In this document: in pieces, positions 29,622 through 40,216 of the stretch
How positions within the stretch are numbered: position 1 is the stretch's first letter
Layout: each line of letters starts with the position of its first letter
DNA from: Candidatus Adlerbacteria bacterium
GTDB taxonomy: Bacteria > Patescibacteriota > Minisyncoccia > Phycocordibacterales > SBAW01
Assembly (NCBI GenBank): GCA_963749085.1
Contig: CAVVLG010000002.1
Coordinates: 19,178-83,177, forward strand
DNA length: 64,000 bases
Direction: 5' to 3'
The notes under the pieces: generated by a model
Seen by the model: only the letters and a program-made list of their open reading frames with translations
Told to the model about the DNA's origin: nothing
The model's database searches: none
Program-made: the position numbers and the translations under genes

Positions 29622-30089
29622 TTACTGGGTAGAACCAGTATAGCTTCCTGCGCCCGCAGCACCGCCGGTGAATCCTCCACTAGAACCGGGGTAGGGTATG
29701 CCCGCGGGGCGAATTTGAATCGACGTTGCACTCACTGAACCATCGCTATTGGTAGTTCCTATTACCGTAACGTTGGTGCCAACGGTGAGATCACTTGCGC
29801 TGCCGCTTACCGTTTTGAGTATTTGTGTGGTCGGACTCAGGAGTACTATCTCGCTGCTGGAGCTGTTCGTCATCTGGATACTAATGTTGCCGCTGCCAGT
29901 TGAAACTATCTGTCCTATTGTAGCGCCACCGCCTGCGGCACTTCCCCTCGTAAATCCTGTGCGTCCGGCAAACGCTGCAGTTGTGCTGCGTTCCGGTGTC
30001 TGCGAGTTCGCGTACGCCATGCCGCCCCAAAATGCCACGCCCGCTACAATAACCAAAATAACCACAGCCCAAACAGCCTTTTTATTCAT
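29622..30089 (-). CDS. Membrane-anchored OB-fold (DUF5666-like) protein
   Basis: FWGGM.Y anchor, G.IVS...SDLTVGTNVTVIG...DGSVSATSIQI. Confidence 0.65.
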   Translation of the reverse strand: MNKKAVWAVVILVIVAGVAFWGGMAYANSQTPERSTTAAFAGRTGFTRGSAAGGGATIGQIVSTGSGNISIQMTNSSSSEIVLLSPTTQILKTVSGSASDLTVGTNVTVIGTTNSDGSVSATSIQIRPAGIPYPGSSGGFTGGAAGAGSYTGSTQ

Positions 30090-30143
30090 ATGTACTTAAT
30101 ACGTTTTGTATGCTCTTAATGGTGCACAGTTTATGTGGCCCTA

Positions 30144-30893
30144 TTATACCTGTATTTTTGAGAAGAAATAGCTTCCCAAACCTAAAAACAGAACGGTGAA
30201 GCCGGTCAATACCGCCAAGTCAAGCGGCATCCCGTAAATAGAAGGGCTGTTGGTAAGCAAAATGCGCATAGCGTCTATGCCGTAGGAGAGCGGGTCAATG
30301 GCGGCGACTATCCTCAGCGCTTCAGGAACATCGGTAAGAGGAAAGAGGGCACCCGAAAGAAAGAACAGAGGCATCACGAGGAAGTTCATGACCAGCTGAA
30401 AACCCTGCATATCGCGCATGAGCGAGGCGACCATCATGCCGAGTCCCGAGAAGAGCGTGCCGATAAAGAGCATTATCAATATGGTCGGCAACACCAAAAT
30501 CCAGGAAACCGGATGGAAGCCGACAAACAGCGTCAAGATAAGGACGAAGCATCCCTGCACAGAGGCGACCGTGGCGCCGCCAAAGGTGCGACCGAACATA
30601 ATGGCGAGGCGAGGTACAGGGGCCGCAAGGGTTTCTTTAAGAAAACCGAATTGCCTATCCCAAATGACCTGCATCCCGTTGAAAATGGAAGTGAAGATGA
30701 TGCTCATGCCGATGATGCCGGGTCCTAGAATATCGATGTAGTTTCCCTGGCCGGCTTTCGCGAAAATGGAGCTCAGCCCAAAATCAAATGACACGAGAAA
30801 GAGTAGCGGTTGCATGAGCGAGCCTGCGATGCGAGACTTGGAGCGCGAAAAGCGCTTCAACTCTCTCAGCCACATGATATAAGCAGCGTTCAT
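30144..30893 (-). CDS. ABC-2 type (DrrB-like) permease
   Basis: WLRELKRF, WDRQFGFLKETLAAP, PLFFLSGALFP, DPLSYGIDAMR. Confidence 0.88.
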   Translation of the reverse strand: MNAAYIMWLRELKRFSRSKSRIAGSLMQPLLFLVSFDFGLSSIFAKAGQGNYIDILGPGIIGMSIIFTSIFNGMQVIWDRQFGFLKETLAAPVPRLAIMFGRTFGGATVASVQGCFVLILTLFVGFHPVSWILVLPTILIMLFIGTLFSGLGMMVASLMRDMQGFQLVMNFLVMPLFFLSGALFPLTDVPEALRIVAAIDPLSYGIDAMRILLTNSPSIYGMPLDLAVLTGFTVLFLGLGSYFFSKIQV

Positions 30894-30897
30894 ATAA

Positions 30898-31698
30898 TTA
30901 TCGGCGACCACCTGCACCACGTATCATCCGCATGTGCGAGAGGGAATCAGCTCCTTCCTCCCGGATTTCGCTGCCGGTGAGCTTCAAAAACGCTTCTTCA
31001 AGGGTCTCTGTACCTGTCTGCTTCTTGAGTTCCTCGCCGCTTCCCGTGGCAACTATTTTACCGCGGTCGATGACCGCGATGCGCTGGGCCATCCGGTCGG
31101 CCTCATCCATATAGTGGGTGGTAAAAAACACGGTAATGTCTTCTTCGGCGTTCAACTTCTGCAAGTACTGCCACATGTGATTGCGCGTTTGCGGATCAAG
31201 TCCCAGGGTTGGCTCGTCGAGGAAAATAATCTTGGGGTGATGCAAAAGTCCGCGCGCTATTTCGAGCCGGCGCTTCATGCCGCCGGAAAATTCGCGCACG
31301 TAATTGTCTTTACGATCATAGAGTTCCACGAAGTGAAGAAGTTCATCAATACGCGCGCGACGAATAGTTTTCGGAACGCTATAGAGCACGCCGTGGAATT
31401 CCATGTTCTCCCACGCGGTCAAATCCTCATCAAGCGAAGGATCTTGAAACACGATGCCGAAACTTTTACGTGCGGCATCGGCCTCCTTCGTGGGGTTGTG
31501 CCCGTTGAGCATCAAAGAGCCGCTCGTGGGGGTGAGTAGGGTAGTGAGCATCTTTATAGTCGTTGATTTGCCTGCTCCGTTGGGCCCGAGGAAGGCGAAC
31601 AGCTCACCCTGTTTAACGTCAAAGGAGATATCGTCCACAGCGATAAAATCACCAAACTTTTTAGTCAGATGTTCAACTTCAATAATGTTGTCTGCCAT
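30898..31698 (-). CDS. DrrA-like ABC transporter ATP-binding protein
   Basis: GPNGAGKST, FSGGMKRRLEIARG, LDEPTLGLDP, TTHYMDEA. Confidence 0.9.
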   Translation of the reverse strand: MADNIIEVEHLTKKFGDFIAVDDISFDVKQGELFAFLGPNGAGKSTTIKMLTTLLTPTSGSLMLNGHNPTKEADAARKSFGIVFQDPSLDEDLTAWENMEFHGVLYSVPKTIRRARIDELLHFVELYDRKDNYVREFSGGMKRRLEIARGLLHHPKIIFLDEPTLGLDPQTRNHMWQYLQKLNAEEDITVFFTTHYMDEADRMAQRIAVIDRGKIVATGSGEELKKQTGTETLEEAFLKLTGSEIREEGADSLSHMRMIRGAGGRR

Positions 31699-31725
31699 TT
31701 AGATCGATTATACCACAAGGCATTT

Positions 31726-32973
31726 TTACTCGTATCTGAGCGCCTCTATGGGGTTAAGCGACGCGGCGCGCCGGGCCGGGTAGTAGCCAAAGGCGATGCC
31801 TATCGCAGCCGAAACGCCGAAGGCGAGCACTATTGCCTCCCATGAGACGGTGGTTTGCGTTACTCCTGAAATATCCACGCCAAAAGATATGCCTGCGCCC
31901 AAGACAATGCCCGTGATACCGCCGATGACCGTGAGTGCCACCGCCTCAGACAAAAACTGGATGCTGATGTCGCTTTTTTTGGCGCCGATGGCTTTGCGCA
32001 GGCCGATTTCTCGGGTGCGCTCGGTCACGGTTGTGAGCATCATATTCATGATGCCTATGCCGCCGACCAAAAGTGAAATGCCGGCGATAGCACCCAACAG
32101 CAGCGTGAGCGTGGTCGTGATGCTCGACGCGCTCGCCAAAATATCGGCTTGGTTGATAACATTGAAGTCGGCGTTCGCGGGATTGGTGATGTTGTGGCGG
32201 GACAGAAGCAACGTCGTAATGTCATTCTGTACTTGCGTCATGGAGTTTGGATCGGCGGCCTGAACGTCGATGGTCGACATATAACTGTTACCGATGAGGA
32301 ATTGCTGGGCCGTTTGGAGCGGAATGAATATCTCGTTATCCTGACTGCCGAAGCTGGTGCCTCCTTTGGCTACCGTGATGCCTATGACCGTGAAATCGAT
32401 GTTATTGATGCGTATGGTCTGCCCGATAACACCCGCAGGCAAGCCATCGGGCTGTGTGGGGTCGGTGCCGAAGAGATCCTCAACGACGGTGGGTCCCAAG
32501 ACCGCGACTTTTTGCAGCGACGTTCCCATCTCGTCGGTAACGAATTGCCCCTGGTCTATTTGCACGTCTCGTATTTGCGGGTAGTCCTCCGTCGTGCCAT
32601 CCACCGTGACGCGCGTATTGTTGCCACCGGCCGTCACCTGGTAGCTCCCAGTGGCTTCATCGGCGACCGCCACCACATTGCTTACTTGCGAGGCTATGGC
32701 GTCCGAATCGTCTTGGGTGAGGGACTGTGCCGTGCCGCGGCCGGCGGATACTCCCGCGCCGAAGGTGCGCGTGGCACCCGGCAACACCTCAAGCAAGTTG
32801 GAGCCGAGCGACTCCACGCTCGCTGATATGGATGCCGAGGCGCCCTGTCCGACGGACACCAGCGCTATGACGGATGCAATGCCGATGACGATACCCAATA
32901 TGGTAAGTCCGGAGCGTGTCTTGTTCGCCGAGAGCGCCGCGTATGTTTCCTCAAGAGTATCTTTAATAGTCAT
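31726..32973 (-). CDS. MacB/FtsX-family ABC permease
   Basis: RSGLTILGIVIGIASV, GGIGIMNMML..VTERTREIGLRKAIGA, PARRAASLNPIEALRYE. Confidence 0.93.
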   Translation of the reverse strand: MTIKDTLEETYAALSANKTRSGLTILGIVIGIASVIALVSVGQGASASISASVESLGSNLLEVLPGATRTFGAGVSAGRGTAQSLTQDDSDAIASQVSNVVAVADEATGSYQVTAGGNNTRVTVDGTTEDYPQIRDVQIDQGQFVTDEMGTSLQKVAVLGPTVVEDLFGTDPTQPDGLPAGVIGQTIRINNIDFTVIGITVAKGGTSFGSQDNEIFIPLQTAQQFLIGNSYMSTIDVQAADPNSMTQVQNDITTLLLSRHNITNPANADFNVINQADILASASSITTTLTLLLGAIAGISLLVGGIGIMNMMLTTVTERTREIGLRKAIGAKKSDISIQFLSEAVALTVIGGITGIVLGAGISFGVDISGVTQTTVSWEAIVLAFGVSAAIGIAFGYYPARRAASLNPIEALRYE

Positions 32974-33692
32974 GATGTTTGCGGCTCATGGATTACTCGG
33001 GCCGCTCGCTGGTGGTGTTTTTTATCCGACGTAATGAGACCGTCGCGTAGCGTGATAATGCGCTCGGCATGCTCGGCGATGTCCGGCTCGTGGGTGATGA
33101 GCACTATCGTGCGGCCGTGCTCTTTGTTTAACTTCTGAAAGGTTTCCAACACTATCTCGCCGGTTTTGGTGTCAAGATTGCCGGTGGGTTCATCGGCCAA
33201 AATAAGTGACGGATCATTGACGAGTGCGCGGGCAATGGCGACGCGCTGAATTTGTCCGCCGGAGAGCTCGTTGCTTTTGTGCATAAAATGTGTCTCGGTC
33301 AGTCCCGAGGCGTAGAGAGCTTCTTTTGCGCGCTTCTCGCGCTCCTCCTCGCCGACCCCTGCATATATGAGGGGGAGCATGACGTTGCGCAACACCGTGG
33401 TGCGTGGCAGCAGGTTGAACGACTGGAAAACGAACCCTATCTTGTCCTTGCGGATCTCGGCCAGTTCTTCGTCGGAGAGTTTAGACACATCTTTTCCGTC
33501 AAGATGATAGGAGCCGGAGGTGGGAGTATCGAGACAGCCAAGAATATGCATCATCGTTGATTTGCCGGAACCGGACGGCCCCATGATGGCTACGAACTCT
33601 CCATCGTTTATGCTGAATGAGACCCCTCTGAGCGCTTGAAACGCCGTGTCTCCGACGCCGTATGTTTTAGTAATGTTTTTTACTTCGATCAT
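32970..33692 (-). CDS. MacB/LolD-type ABC ATP-binding protein
   Basis: [37 protein letters not shown]. Confidence 0.93.
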   Translation of the reverse strand: MIEVKNITKTYGVGDTAFQALRGVSFSINDGEFVAIMGPSGSGKSTMMHILGCLDTPTSGSYHLDGKDVSKLSDEELAEIRKDKIGFVFQSFNLLPRTTVLRNVMLPLIYAGVGEEEREKRAKEALYASGLTETHFMHKSNELSGGQIQRVAIARALVNDPSLILADEPTGNLDTKTGEIVLETFQKLNKEHGRTIVLITHEPDIAEHAERIITLRDGLITSDKKHHQRAARVIHEPQTS

Positions 33693-33767
33693 GCAGGTTT
33701 CGTGAAAACTTCTCTGATAAAAGCCCTCGGCTTCCAGTTATGTCCATGCGAAAGTGTGGCCGCCCTT

Positions 33768-35558
33768 TTATATCCGTATAGCGGCCCCTCCGCCGAACCC
33801 TCCCGCTCCGCCCGTGGTGCGCGCTCCAGCAGCTCCTACTCCGGTGGTTGCGGCCGCAACTGGAGTAGAACCACTCTCAGTGCGCGTAACGATTTGTTCT
33901 CCGAGCGTGAGACCCGAAAGTATTTGGGTATTCGTGTCGTCAGTAATACCCACGGTAACCGGGATATCCTGAGGCGCCGTCTTTGATACTACTCCTGTCG
34001 CACCCGCCGCTGCTATGGTTGAGCTCGCTATAGGAGGGATGAATGCCTGCACGTAGTTTGTAGTGCCTTGTGTCTTTATAGCTCCCGCAGGGACTTCAAG
34101 GATATTTTGATCCACCGCCGTCTCTATGGTGGCATTCACCGACATGCCGGCCTTAACCTGCGGATTCTGGGTGTCGAAGGAGACTTCCACGTTATACGTA
34201 ACGACCCCTGAGGTGACGGTTCCCGCCGGACTTATTTGAGCCACCGTTCCGGTCATCGTGAGGTTGGGGAGAGCGTCGAAGGTAAGGGTTGCTTTCTGTC
34301 CCAATTGGAGTTTTGCCGCATCGACTTCGTTGACCGAAAGATTGGCGTACTGAGTATTAGTCTGCAGCGTGGCGAGCGTAGTGCCGCTTCCGGCCTGGTC
34401 ATATGCAGCAACCGGGACCGACGCTATGGTGCCGGCGAACGGCGCATAGACCCAGTATTCGGCGAGCGTGGTCTGAGCCTCCGAAAGCGCCTCCTGCGCC
34501 TTGGTGACGCTGAGTTGGTCGCCTTGTATCTGGAGAGGGTCGGCGCCTGCCTGCGTCTGCGCAAGCGTTTGCTCGGCCGTCGTTATATTCTGCTGATCGC
34601 TCTGCAAACTGTTGGTGTCATTCAGCAGTGCAGTGAGGTGCGTTTGCGTCTCGCTCAAATAGGTATCGAGGCTCGCGAGCTGCGTTGCAGCAACCGCCTT
34701 TGGTGTCGCTCCGTTTTGAGTAAGTTCGTTGGTGTAAAACTGTATCAGGTCATTGGCGCTTTTTACTGCGGTCGCAATGGCGCCAGTCGTCTGGTACGTC
34801 TCGCTGAGGAGCTGCGTTATGGTTGCCCGATCGGGGCTCGAGGTTGCGGCTTCGAAATCAGAGAACGTTTGATTGTAGGACTCGAGCGCGGTTTCGTAAC
34901 TATTGTACGCATCGTCACGGTAGGATTCTGCCGCCGTGCTGTATTGTGCAGCTTGTGCTTCGTAGTAATCCATATTCCATTGTGAAGATCCTCCGGCAGC
35001 ACTCCCTAGGTCGATAGTTTGCAAGCCCGACATAATACTCGGCAAATCGACGAAAGTAGTGGTGACGTCGTTGAAGGAGGTTTGATAGAGCGTGGTGAGT
35101 GACTGCTCCGATTGCGTGATATTGTCCTGCTGCTGCGTCAGCGTGAGGGTGGTTGGCGGCTCCTGAAGTTCCGCAAGCGAGAGCTGTGCGCTCTCCAAAT
35201 CCTCCTTCGCACTCTCAACCGCCTCCTGCTGGGTCGTTGGATCTATTTCGGCGATAAGTTGACCAGCCTGCACCTGCTCGCCTGGTGTCACGTTAACAGA
35301 AAGTATCTCCCCGGAGACCTGAGGGGTGATAGAGAGGGTGTCGTTAGCCGCCACTTGTCCGCTCTCGCCGACCGAAGCGACTATCGTCCCCTGAGTTACG
35401 GTGCCGAGCACGTAGCTCGTCTCGCCGCTGGTGTTAGTCACTGTGCCATAGGCCCACCAGGCTACTCCCAAGATAACGACCAGGACAATCGCACTGATAA
35501 TCTTGTGTGCAATGACATATTTTTCAAGCCATTGGTACCAATTGTAAATGGTGCTCAT
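33768..35558 (-). CDS. MacA/HlyD-type periplasmic adaptor with extended helical hairpin
   Basis: TM anchor, lipoyl half-motifs (VSGEILSVNVTPGEQVQAGQ; APFAGTI), long coiled coil, beta-barrel, GL..GE. Confidence 0.88.
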   Translation of the reverse strand: MSTIYNWYQWLEKYVIAHKIISAIVLVVILGVAWWAYGTVTNTSGETSYVLGTVTQGTIVASVGESGQVAANDTLSITPQVSGEILSVNVTPGEQVQAGQLIAEIDPTTQQEAVESAKEDLESAQLSLAELQEPPTTLTLTQQQDNITQSEQSLTTLYQTSFNDVTTTFVDLPSIMSGLQTIDLGSAAGGSSQWNMDYYEAQAAQYSTAAESYRDDAYNSYETALESYNQTFSDFEAATSSPDRATITQLLSETYQTTGAIATAVKSANDLIQFYTNELTQNGATPKAVAATQLASLDTYLSETQTHLTALLNDTNSLQSDQQNITTAEQTLAQTQAGADPLQIQGDQLSVTKAQEALSEAQTTLAEYWVYAPFAGTIASVPVAAYDQAGSGTTLATLQTNTQYANLSVNEVDAAKLQLGQKATLTFDALPNLTMTGTVAQISPAGTVTSGVVTYNVEVSFDTQNPQVKAGMSVNATIETAVDQNILEVPAGAIKTQGTTNYVQAFIPPIASSTIAAAGATGVVSKTAPQDIPVTVGITDDTNTQILSGLTLGEQIVTRTESGSTPVAAATTGVGAAGARTTGGAGGFGGGAAIRI

Positions 35559-35584
35559 AGGTAGAGGTTAATAAAAATAATTTT

Positions 35585-36019
35585 TTACTGAACTACGTGA
35601 ATGAAGCCCGCATCCATATCCCCGTCATTGTCGGTATCATTGGGATCTCCGATTACAATGATCGTTTCTCCAACCTTGAGGCTCGATACATTAACGGTAC
35701 TGGTGCCTTCCCGCACAGGGGTAGTGGTTCCGACATAGACTGATACCTGTGTACCATCGCGCGTTTGAAGCACCAGCTCTGGAAGGGCAATACTTTCTAT
35801 GGTTCCCACCGCGCCATGTCCTGGCATGCCTCCCTCGGGAGAGAAGGGAAGTCCAAAAGGACCTTCAGGGGAACCTCTGCTTTCGAGTCCATGGAAGCGG
35901 AGGGCATCATGGTAGCCTACGATCGTTCCGGCTCGGAAGATAAGGAGTGCTAAGATTACTGCGAACAGCCCCCATAAAATCAACTTGAGGTTTTTAGTGA
36001 ACCAGTGATCTTCAGACAT
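35585..36019 (-). CDS. Membrane-anchored OB-fold (DUF5666-like) protein
   Basis: TM anchor, HGAVGTIESI, SLKVGETIIVIG. Confidence 0.6.
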   Translation of the reverse strand: MSEDHWFTKNLKLILWGLFAVILALLIFRAGTIVGYHDALRFHGLESRGSPEGPFGLPFSPEGGMPGHGAVGTIESIALPELVLQTRDGTQVSVYVGTTTPVREGTSTVNVSSLKVGETIIVIGDPNDTDNDGDMDAGFIHVVQ

Positions 36020-36404
36020 AATTAAATTTGTACGTTTGCACCGCCCGGCGAAGTGACCACACAAGCGCAAACACTATCGCTATGAGAAGCAGCGTCGCAA
36101 TGGCAGGGAGTGACTCGGCGAGCGACAACGCGAACTCCCGTGGGTATGCCATGACGTAGGAGCCGTCCGAGAAAAGAAGCGAGAAGTAATCATAAAAACC
36201 CGAGGCATAAAACTGCCCGAGCGCGTATTGAGTCGCCGGGACCAGTGCCACGCCCGAGAGAAGCGCCACAACCCCAAAGAGCCCCAGGCGAAAGGCAGCG
36301 CTGCGGCGCTCAAGCTCCTGTATGCGGGCGTGAATAGCACCATAGAGCCGCGCCGGCGGGTCTACTTCTTTAAGCAAGGCAGCCAATGAATACAGCCTTT
36401 TCAT
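36012..36404 (-). CDS. Putative anti-sigma membrane protein
   Basis: Directly downstream of the ECF sigma; PPARLY..I..RI helix followed by two TM segments. Confidence 0.55.
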   Translation of the reverse strand: MKRLYSLAALLKEVDPPARLYGAIHARIQELERRSAAFRLGLFGVVALLSGVALVPATQYALGQFYASGFYDYFSLLFSDGSYVMAYPREFALSLAESLPAIATLLLIAIVFALVWSLRRAVQTYKFNYV

Positions 36405-36407
36405 ACA

Positions 36408-36983
36408 CTATAGTATACGCCCTCTATCCTTATTTAGGTGCTTCCGTAAGACCAGGAGGGCGCGGCGGTGGCGGCTCTTGACGGTGTTGGCGGGCTCCCC
36501 CAGCAGCTGGCCTATTTCCTCGAAAGTGAGCTCGTTGGTGTAGTAGAGAATAAAGAGGTCGCGGTGCCGCGGCGGGAGCATCTCCAGCGCCCGTGCAAGC
36601 GCCGCGCTGCTCTCTTCTTTTGCGAAAAGCTCCTCGGGGAGCGCCCCGGTGTCCGGCACGGTTTCGGCGAGCACGTTCTCTCCTTCATGCTCGAACTGCG
36701 AGAGAGGCACATGCTTTTTTTTGCGCAAAAAATCGATTGAGGCATTGCGGGCGATACGCAAAATCCACGTCTTGAAAGAACTTTTTTGAGGGGCGTAATG
36801 GGAAAGATTGCTCCACGCCTTGACGAACGTTTCCTGCGCGATATCCTCCGCCTCCTCTTTGCTCCCGAGAAATCGAAGCGCGAAAGAATAGACGCCTTTT
36901 AGGTGTCGTGCGGTGAGTTCGTCGAATGCACCTCTCTCTCCCGCGAGGTACTCCGCGATGAGTTCTTCATCACTCTTGTCCAT
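36408..36983 (-). CDS. ECF RNA polymerase sigma factor
   Basis: SDEELI, AEDIAQETFVKAW, FKTWILRIARN..ID, region 4 LTFEEIG..LG....TVKSRHRRA. Confidence 0.93.
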   Translation of the reverse strand: MDKSDEELIAEYLAGERGAFDELTARHLKGVYSFALRFLGSKEEAEDIAQETFVKAWSNLSHYAPQKSSFKTWILRIARNASIDFLRKKKHVPLSQFEHEGENVLAETVPDTGALPEELFAKEESSAALARALEMLPPRHRDLFILYYTNELTFEEIGQLLGEPANTVKSRHRRALLVLRKHLNKDRGRIL

Positions 36984-37017
36984 ACAGAGGGCTATTGTAT
37001 ACTTTTATTGAGGAAAT

Positions 37018-37290
37018 ATGAAAACACTTCTTTTTATTATCGTTATTGTCATCATTGCCCTCGGCGCGTATTTTTATTTAAACCAACCCGTGGTACAAGC
37101 GCCCACTCAAAGCACCTCGTCGCACGCGCAATCTCCCGCTTCTACTTCAACAGCCATTCCTCCTAACGTGGGCGCAACCGAAATCTCCAACCCGAACGCG
37201 CCCCCAGGCACTCCGGCGGAATGTGCAAAATGCGACGAGTATCAGGGCGTCCAAAAAGCTGAATGTCTGGTCGCGCTCAACTGTCAGTAG
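37018..37290 (+). CDS. Small exported protein with Cys-rich C-terminus
   Basis: Signal anchor, Pro/Ser linker, CAKC...CLVALNC. Confidence 0.6.
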   Translation: MKTLLFIIVIVIIALGAYFYLNQPVVQAPTQSTSSHAQSPASTSTAIPPNVGATEISNPNAPPGTPAECAKCDEYQGVQKAECLVALNCQ

Positions 37291-37311
37291 ATAAAAGCGT
37301 ATACTGGCGGC

Positions 37312-38469
37312 ATGGAACCGCTGGCGTCAAAAATTAGACCTCAACGTCTCGACGACTTCGTCGGACAAGAACACTTGGTGGGGAAGGGCAAGCCCTTGCG
37401 CGAGGCTGTGGAACACAAACATCTGTTCTCCTTCATTCTGTGGGGTCCGCCGGGATCGGGAAAAACGACGCTCGCCCGGATATATGCCAACGCGCTCGAT
37501 GCCGATTTTTATGAGCTTTCGGCGGTCGACTCTGGCAAAGAGGACATCAAAAAAATCTTGGGTAGCAAACGCGGCAAACCGACCTTGGGATTTGATAAAC
37601 CGAAAGTGTTATTCATAGACGAGATACACCGCTTCAATAAAGCGCAGCAGGATTTTCTCCTGCCGTATGTGGAGCGCGGCGATTTGACGCTCATTGGTGC
37701 CACGACCGAAAACCCAAGCTTTGAGGTAATTGGTGCCCTTTTGTCGCGTTGCCGTGTGTTTGTGCTCAATGAATTGAGTGAGAAGAATATGGGAGACATC
37801 ATTGAACGTGCAGCAAAAGAATTAAAGACAAAAATTTCTAAGGACGCTAAAAGCTGGCTTATAGGCATGGCGCAGGGCGATGCGCGACAAGCCATTACGA
37901 TGATGGAGAACGCTCAAAAATTGTACGGTACGCTTGCGCTGGAGTCTCTTAAGGAAACCATACAATCTACACATTTACGTTACGACAAAAAGGGCGAGGA
38001 GCACTACAATACTATTTCGGCATTCATTAAATCTATGCGCGCCAGTCAGCCTGACGCTGCCCTGTATTACCTGGCCCGCATGGTTGACGCAGGAGAGGAT
38101 CCGCTTTTTATTGCGCGGCGGATGGTGGTATTTGCGAGCGAAGATGTCGGGCTTGCAGTGCCGACGGCGCTGGTGGTGGCCAATGCGGTTTTTCGAGCCT
38201 GTGAGACGATAGGGTATCCCGAATGTGCAATTAATCTGGCACAAGGCGTCACCTATCTCTCTGAGTGCAAAAAATCACGTAAATCCTACGACGCCTATTT
38301 TGAAGCGGTGGATGACGTCAAAAAATTTGGCAACTTGCCGATACCGATGAAGGTGCGCAACGCGTCGACCACATTGATGAAGGAACTCGGCTACCACAAA
38401 GGATATAAGTTGTACGATAAGGAACCCTATTTGCCGGAGAAGTTAAAGAATAAAAAATATTTAAAATAA
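37312..38469 (+). CDS. rarA: Replication-associated recombination protein A
   Basis: [51 protein letters not shown]. Confidence 0.95.
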   Translation: MEPLASKIRPQRLDDFVGQEHLVGKGKPLREAVEHKHLFSFILWGPPGSGKTTLARIYANALDADFYELSAVDSGKEDIKKILGSKRGKPTLGFDKPKVLFIDEIHRFNKAQQDFLLPYVERGDLTLIGATTENPSFEVIGALLSRCRVFVLNELSEKNMGDIIERAAKELKTKISKDAKSWLIGMAQGDARQAITMMENAQKLYGTLALESLKETIQSTHLRYDKKGEEHYNTISAFIKSMRASQPDAALYYLARMVDAGEDPLFIARRMVVFASEDVGLAVPTALVVANAVFRACETIGYPECAINLAQGVTYLSECKKSRKSYDAYFEAVDDVKKFGNLPIPMKVRNASTTLMKELGYHKGYKLYDKEPYLPEKLKNKKYLK

Positions 38470-38518
38470 AAAAGCGGCATAGCGTGCCGCTTTTCGCGGG
38501 TACCAAACCTCCCACGCA

Positions 38519-38773
38519 TCATGCCGTTTTTTTCTTGGGTTCAGATTTGTCGAAAAGCCTATAAGCCCGCTCAATAGTGACGGTCGTTAACGTTGAGACG
38601 AGGTGGATTGTATTGTTCAGCTCGGGCCCGTGTTTTTTAACGGCGTCGTCCAGCTCATCCTTTGTCCTCACCGCTATGACTTCACTGGTAGCGTGTTTTT
38701 CTCTGAAGTCCCTTTCTTGCTGCGGACCATGGGTTGGGTCTGTCACTATAGCAACCATTTTTTTCGCGCTCAT
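38519..38773 (-). CDS. Hypothetical protein
   Basis: ORF with AGGAG SD; sits in the gap between rarA and msrA. Confidence 0.5.
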   Translation of the reverse strand: MSAKKMVAIVTDPTHGPQQERDFREKHATSEVIAVRTKDELDDAVKKHGPELNNTIHLVSTLTTVTIERAYRLFDKSEPKKKTA

Positions 38774-38820
38774 CGAGTACTCCTGTACTACAGAAAGGTT
38801 CTGAGGAGTATACTAGCACA

Positions 38821-39354
38821 ATGGATGAGCTGGAAACCATAGTATTTGGTGGTGGGTGTTTTTGGTGCACCGAGGCGGTATTTACCATACTCAAGGGTGT
38901 CAAAAGTGTTGAACCCGGCTATGCCGGAGGCCATACAAAGAATCCAACGTATGAAGAGGTTTCCGCGGGAGACACCGGTCACATCGAAGTTATTAAAATA
39001 GAATTTTATCCTGACCAAATTGCGCCTGAGGAGCTATTCCAAGTATTTTTTGCCACGCATGATCCAACCACGCCGAACCGGCAGGGCAATGACGTGGGAC
39101 CACAGTACCATTCGGCAATCTTCTATACTACTGAGAGTCAAAAGAAAAAAGCCGAACACTACATCATGATGCTCCAAAAAACTATTCCCCATAGGACCAT
39201 TATCACAACGGTGGCGCCGCTTGATGTGTTTTACAAGGCCGAGGATTATCATCAAAAATATTACGAAAATCATCGCGGCGCAGGCTACTGTCAGGTCGTT
39301 ATTGATCCGAAGGTCGAGAAAGTGCGGGAGAAGTTTTCGAAGTTGCTCAAATGA
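38821..39354 (+). CDS. msrA: Peptide-methionine (S)-S-oxide reductase
   Basis: GGCFWC, GYAGG, HDPTT.NRQGNDVG.QY.S, AEDYHQ.YY. Confidence 0.96.
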   Translation: MDELETIVFGGGCFWCTEAVFTILKGVKSVEPGYAGGHTKNPTYEEVSAGDTGHIEVIKIEFYPDQIAPEELFQVFFATHDPTTPNRQGNDVGPQYHSAIFYTTESQKKKAEHYIMMLQKTIPHRTIITTVAPLDVFYKAEDYHQKYYENHRGAGYCQVVIDPKVEKVREKFSKLLK

Positions 39355-39770
39355 CTCGTGAGGAATTCGAGCGGCTGGTTGAAGAAGAGTTTCCGAACGC
39401 GATACCGGAACAGTTCCGCAAAAAGATAAAAAACGTCGCGTTTTTGATTGAAGAGCAACCTTCCCCTCAGTTGAGGAGGCAGGAGCGTCTGAGTCTCCAT
39501 GAGACGCTTCTCGGTTTTTACCATGGGGTGCCCGCGACCGCGCGCGGCGACAGCTACGGGCTCGGCGCCACCCTGCCAGACACTATCACGTTATTTCAAT
39601 TGCCCATTGAGGAGGAAGCCCATTTCCTCATGCGCCGGAGCGGTGCTCCATGGGAAGAGAGTGTTCGCCGCGTGATTCGCGACACCATGTGGCACGAAGT
39701 CGCGCATCATTTCGGCTTCGATGAGAAGCAAGTACGCCAAAAAGAGGTGCAGCGCAGAAACGCGAAATAA
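39351..39770 (+). CDS. Zincin-like metallopeptidase (DUF1025 type)
   Basis: LLGFYHGVP, PDTITLFQ.PI, HEVAHHFG. Confidence 0.85.
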   Translation: MTREEFERLVEEEFPNAIPEQFRKKIKNVAFLIEEQPSPQLRRQERLSLHETLLGFYHGVPATARGDSYGLGATLPDTITLFQLPIEEEAHFLMRRSGAPWEESVRRVIRDTMWHEVAHHFGFDEKQVRQKEVQRRNAK

Positions 39771-39784
39771 TATATAGTTTATCT

Positions 39785-40216
39785 ATGGAAAACAAAGTCT
39801 ATTTGCCCCCCTTTTATCTTATTGCGGCTACTTTTATTGGTCTCGGGGATACGCTCTATCTAGCGTACTATCACCTGCTCGGCATCATCCCGACGTGTGC
39901 GATAGGGGGTTGCGAGACGGTGCTTTCAAGCCCCTATGCTACGCCTTTTGGGGTACCGTTCGCCTACATCGGACTGGTCTATTACCTATATATGCTCGCG
40001 ATTGGCATACTGCTTGTGATGGATCCTCGCTCGTATGGTCTTCGCTTCGGCGCGCTCGCGTATACCACGATAGGACTGCTATGCTCAATAGGCTTTGAGA
40101 TCTTTCAATATTTCGTCATTGGGGCGCTGTGCATGTACTGCGCCATCTCAGCACTCACCACGCTGCTACTTTTCATTCTCGCGCTGTGGCATTGGCGAGC
40201 CACTCGCTCTCGTTAA
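39785..40216 (+). CDS. Vitamin K epoxide reductase (VKOR) family protein
   Basis: C..GGC..VL.SPYA..FGVP, TM helices, CMYC redox motif. Confidence 0.9.
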   Translation: MENKVYLPPFYLIAATFIGLGDTLYLAYYHLLGIIPTCAIGGCETVLSSPYATPFGVPFAYIGLVYYLYMLAIGILLVMDPRSYGLRFGALAYTTIGLLCSIGFEIFQYFVIGALCMYCAISALTTLLLFILALWHWRATRSR

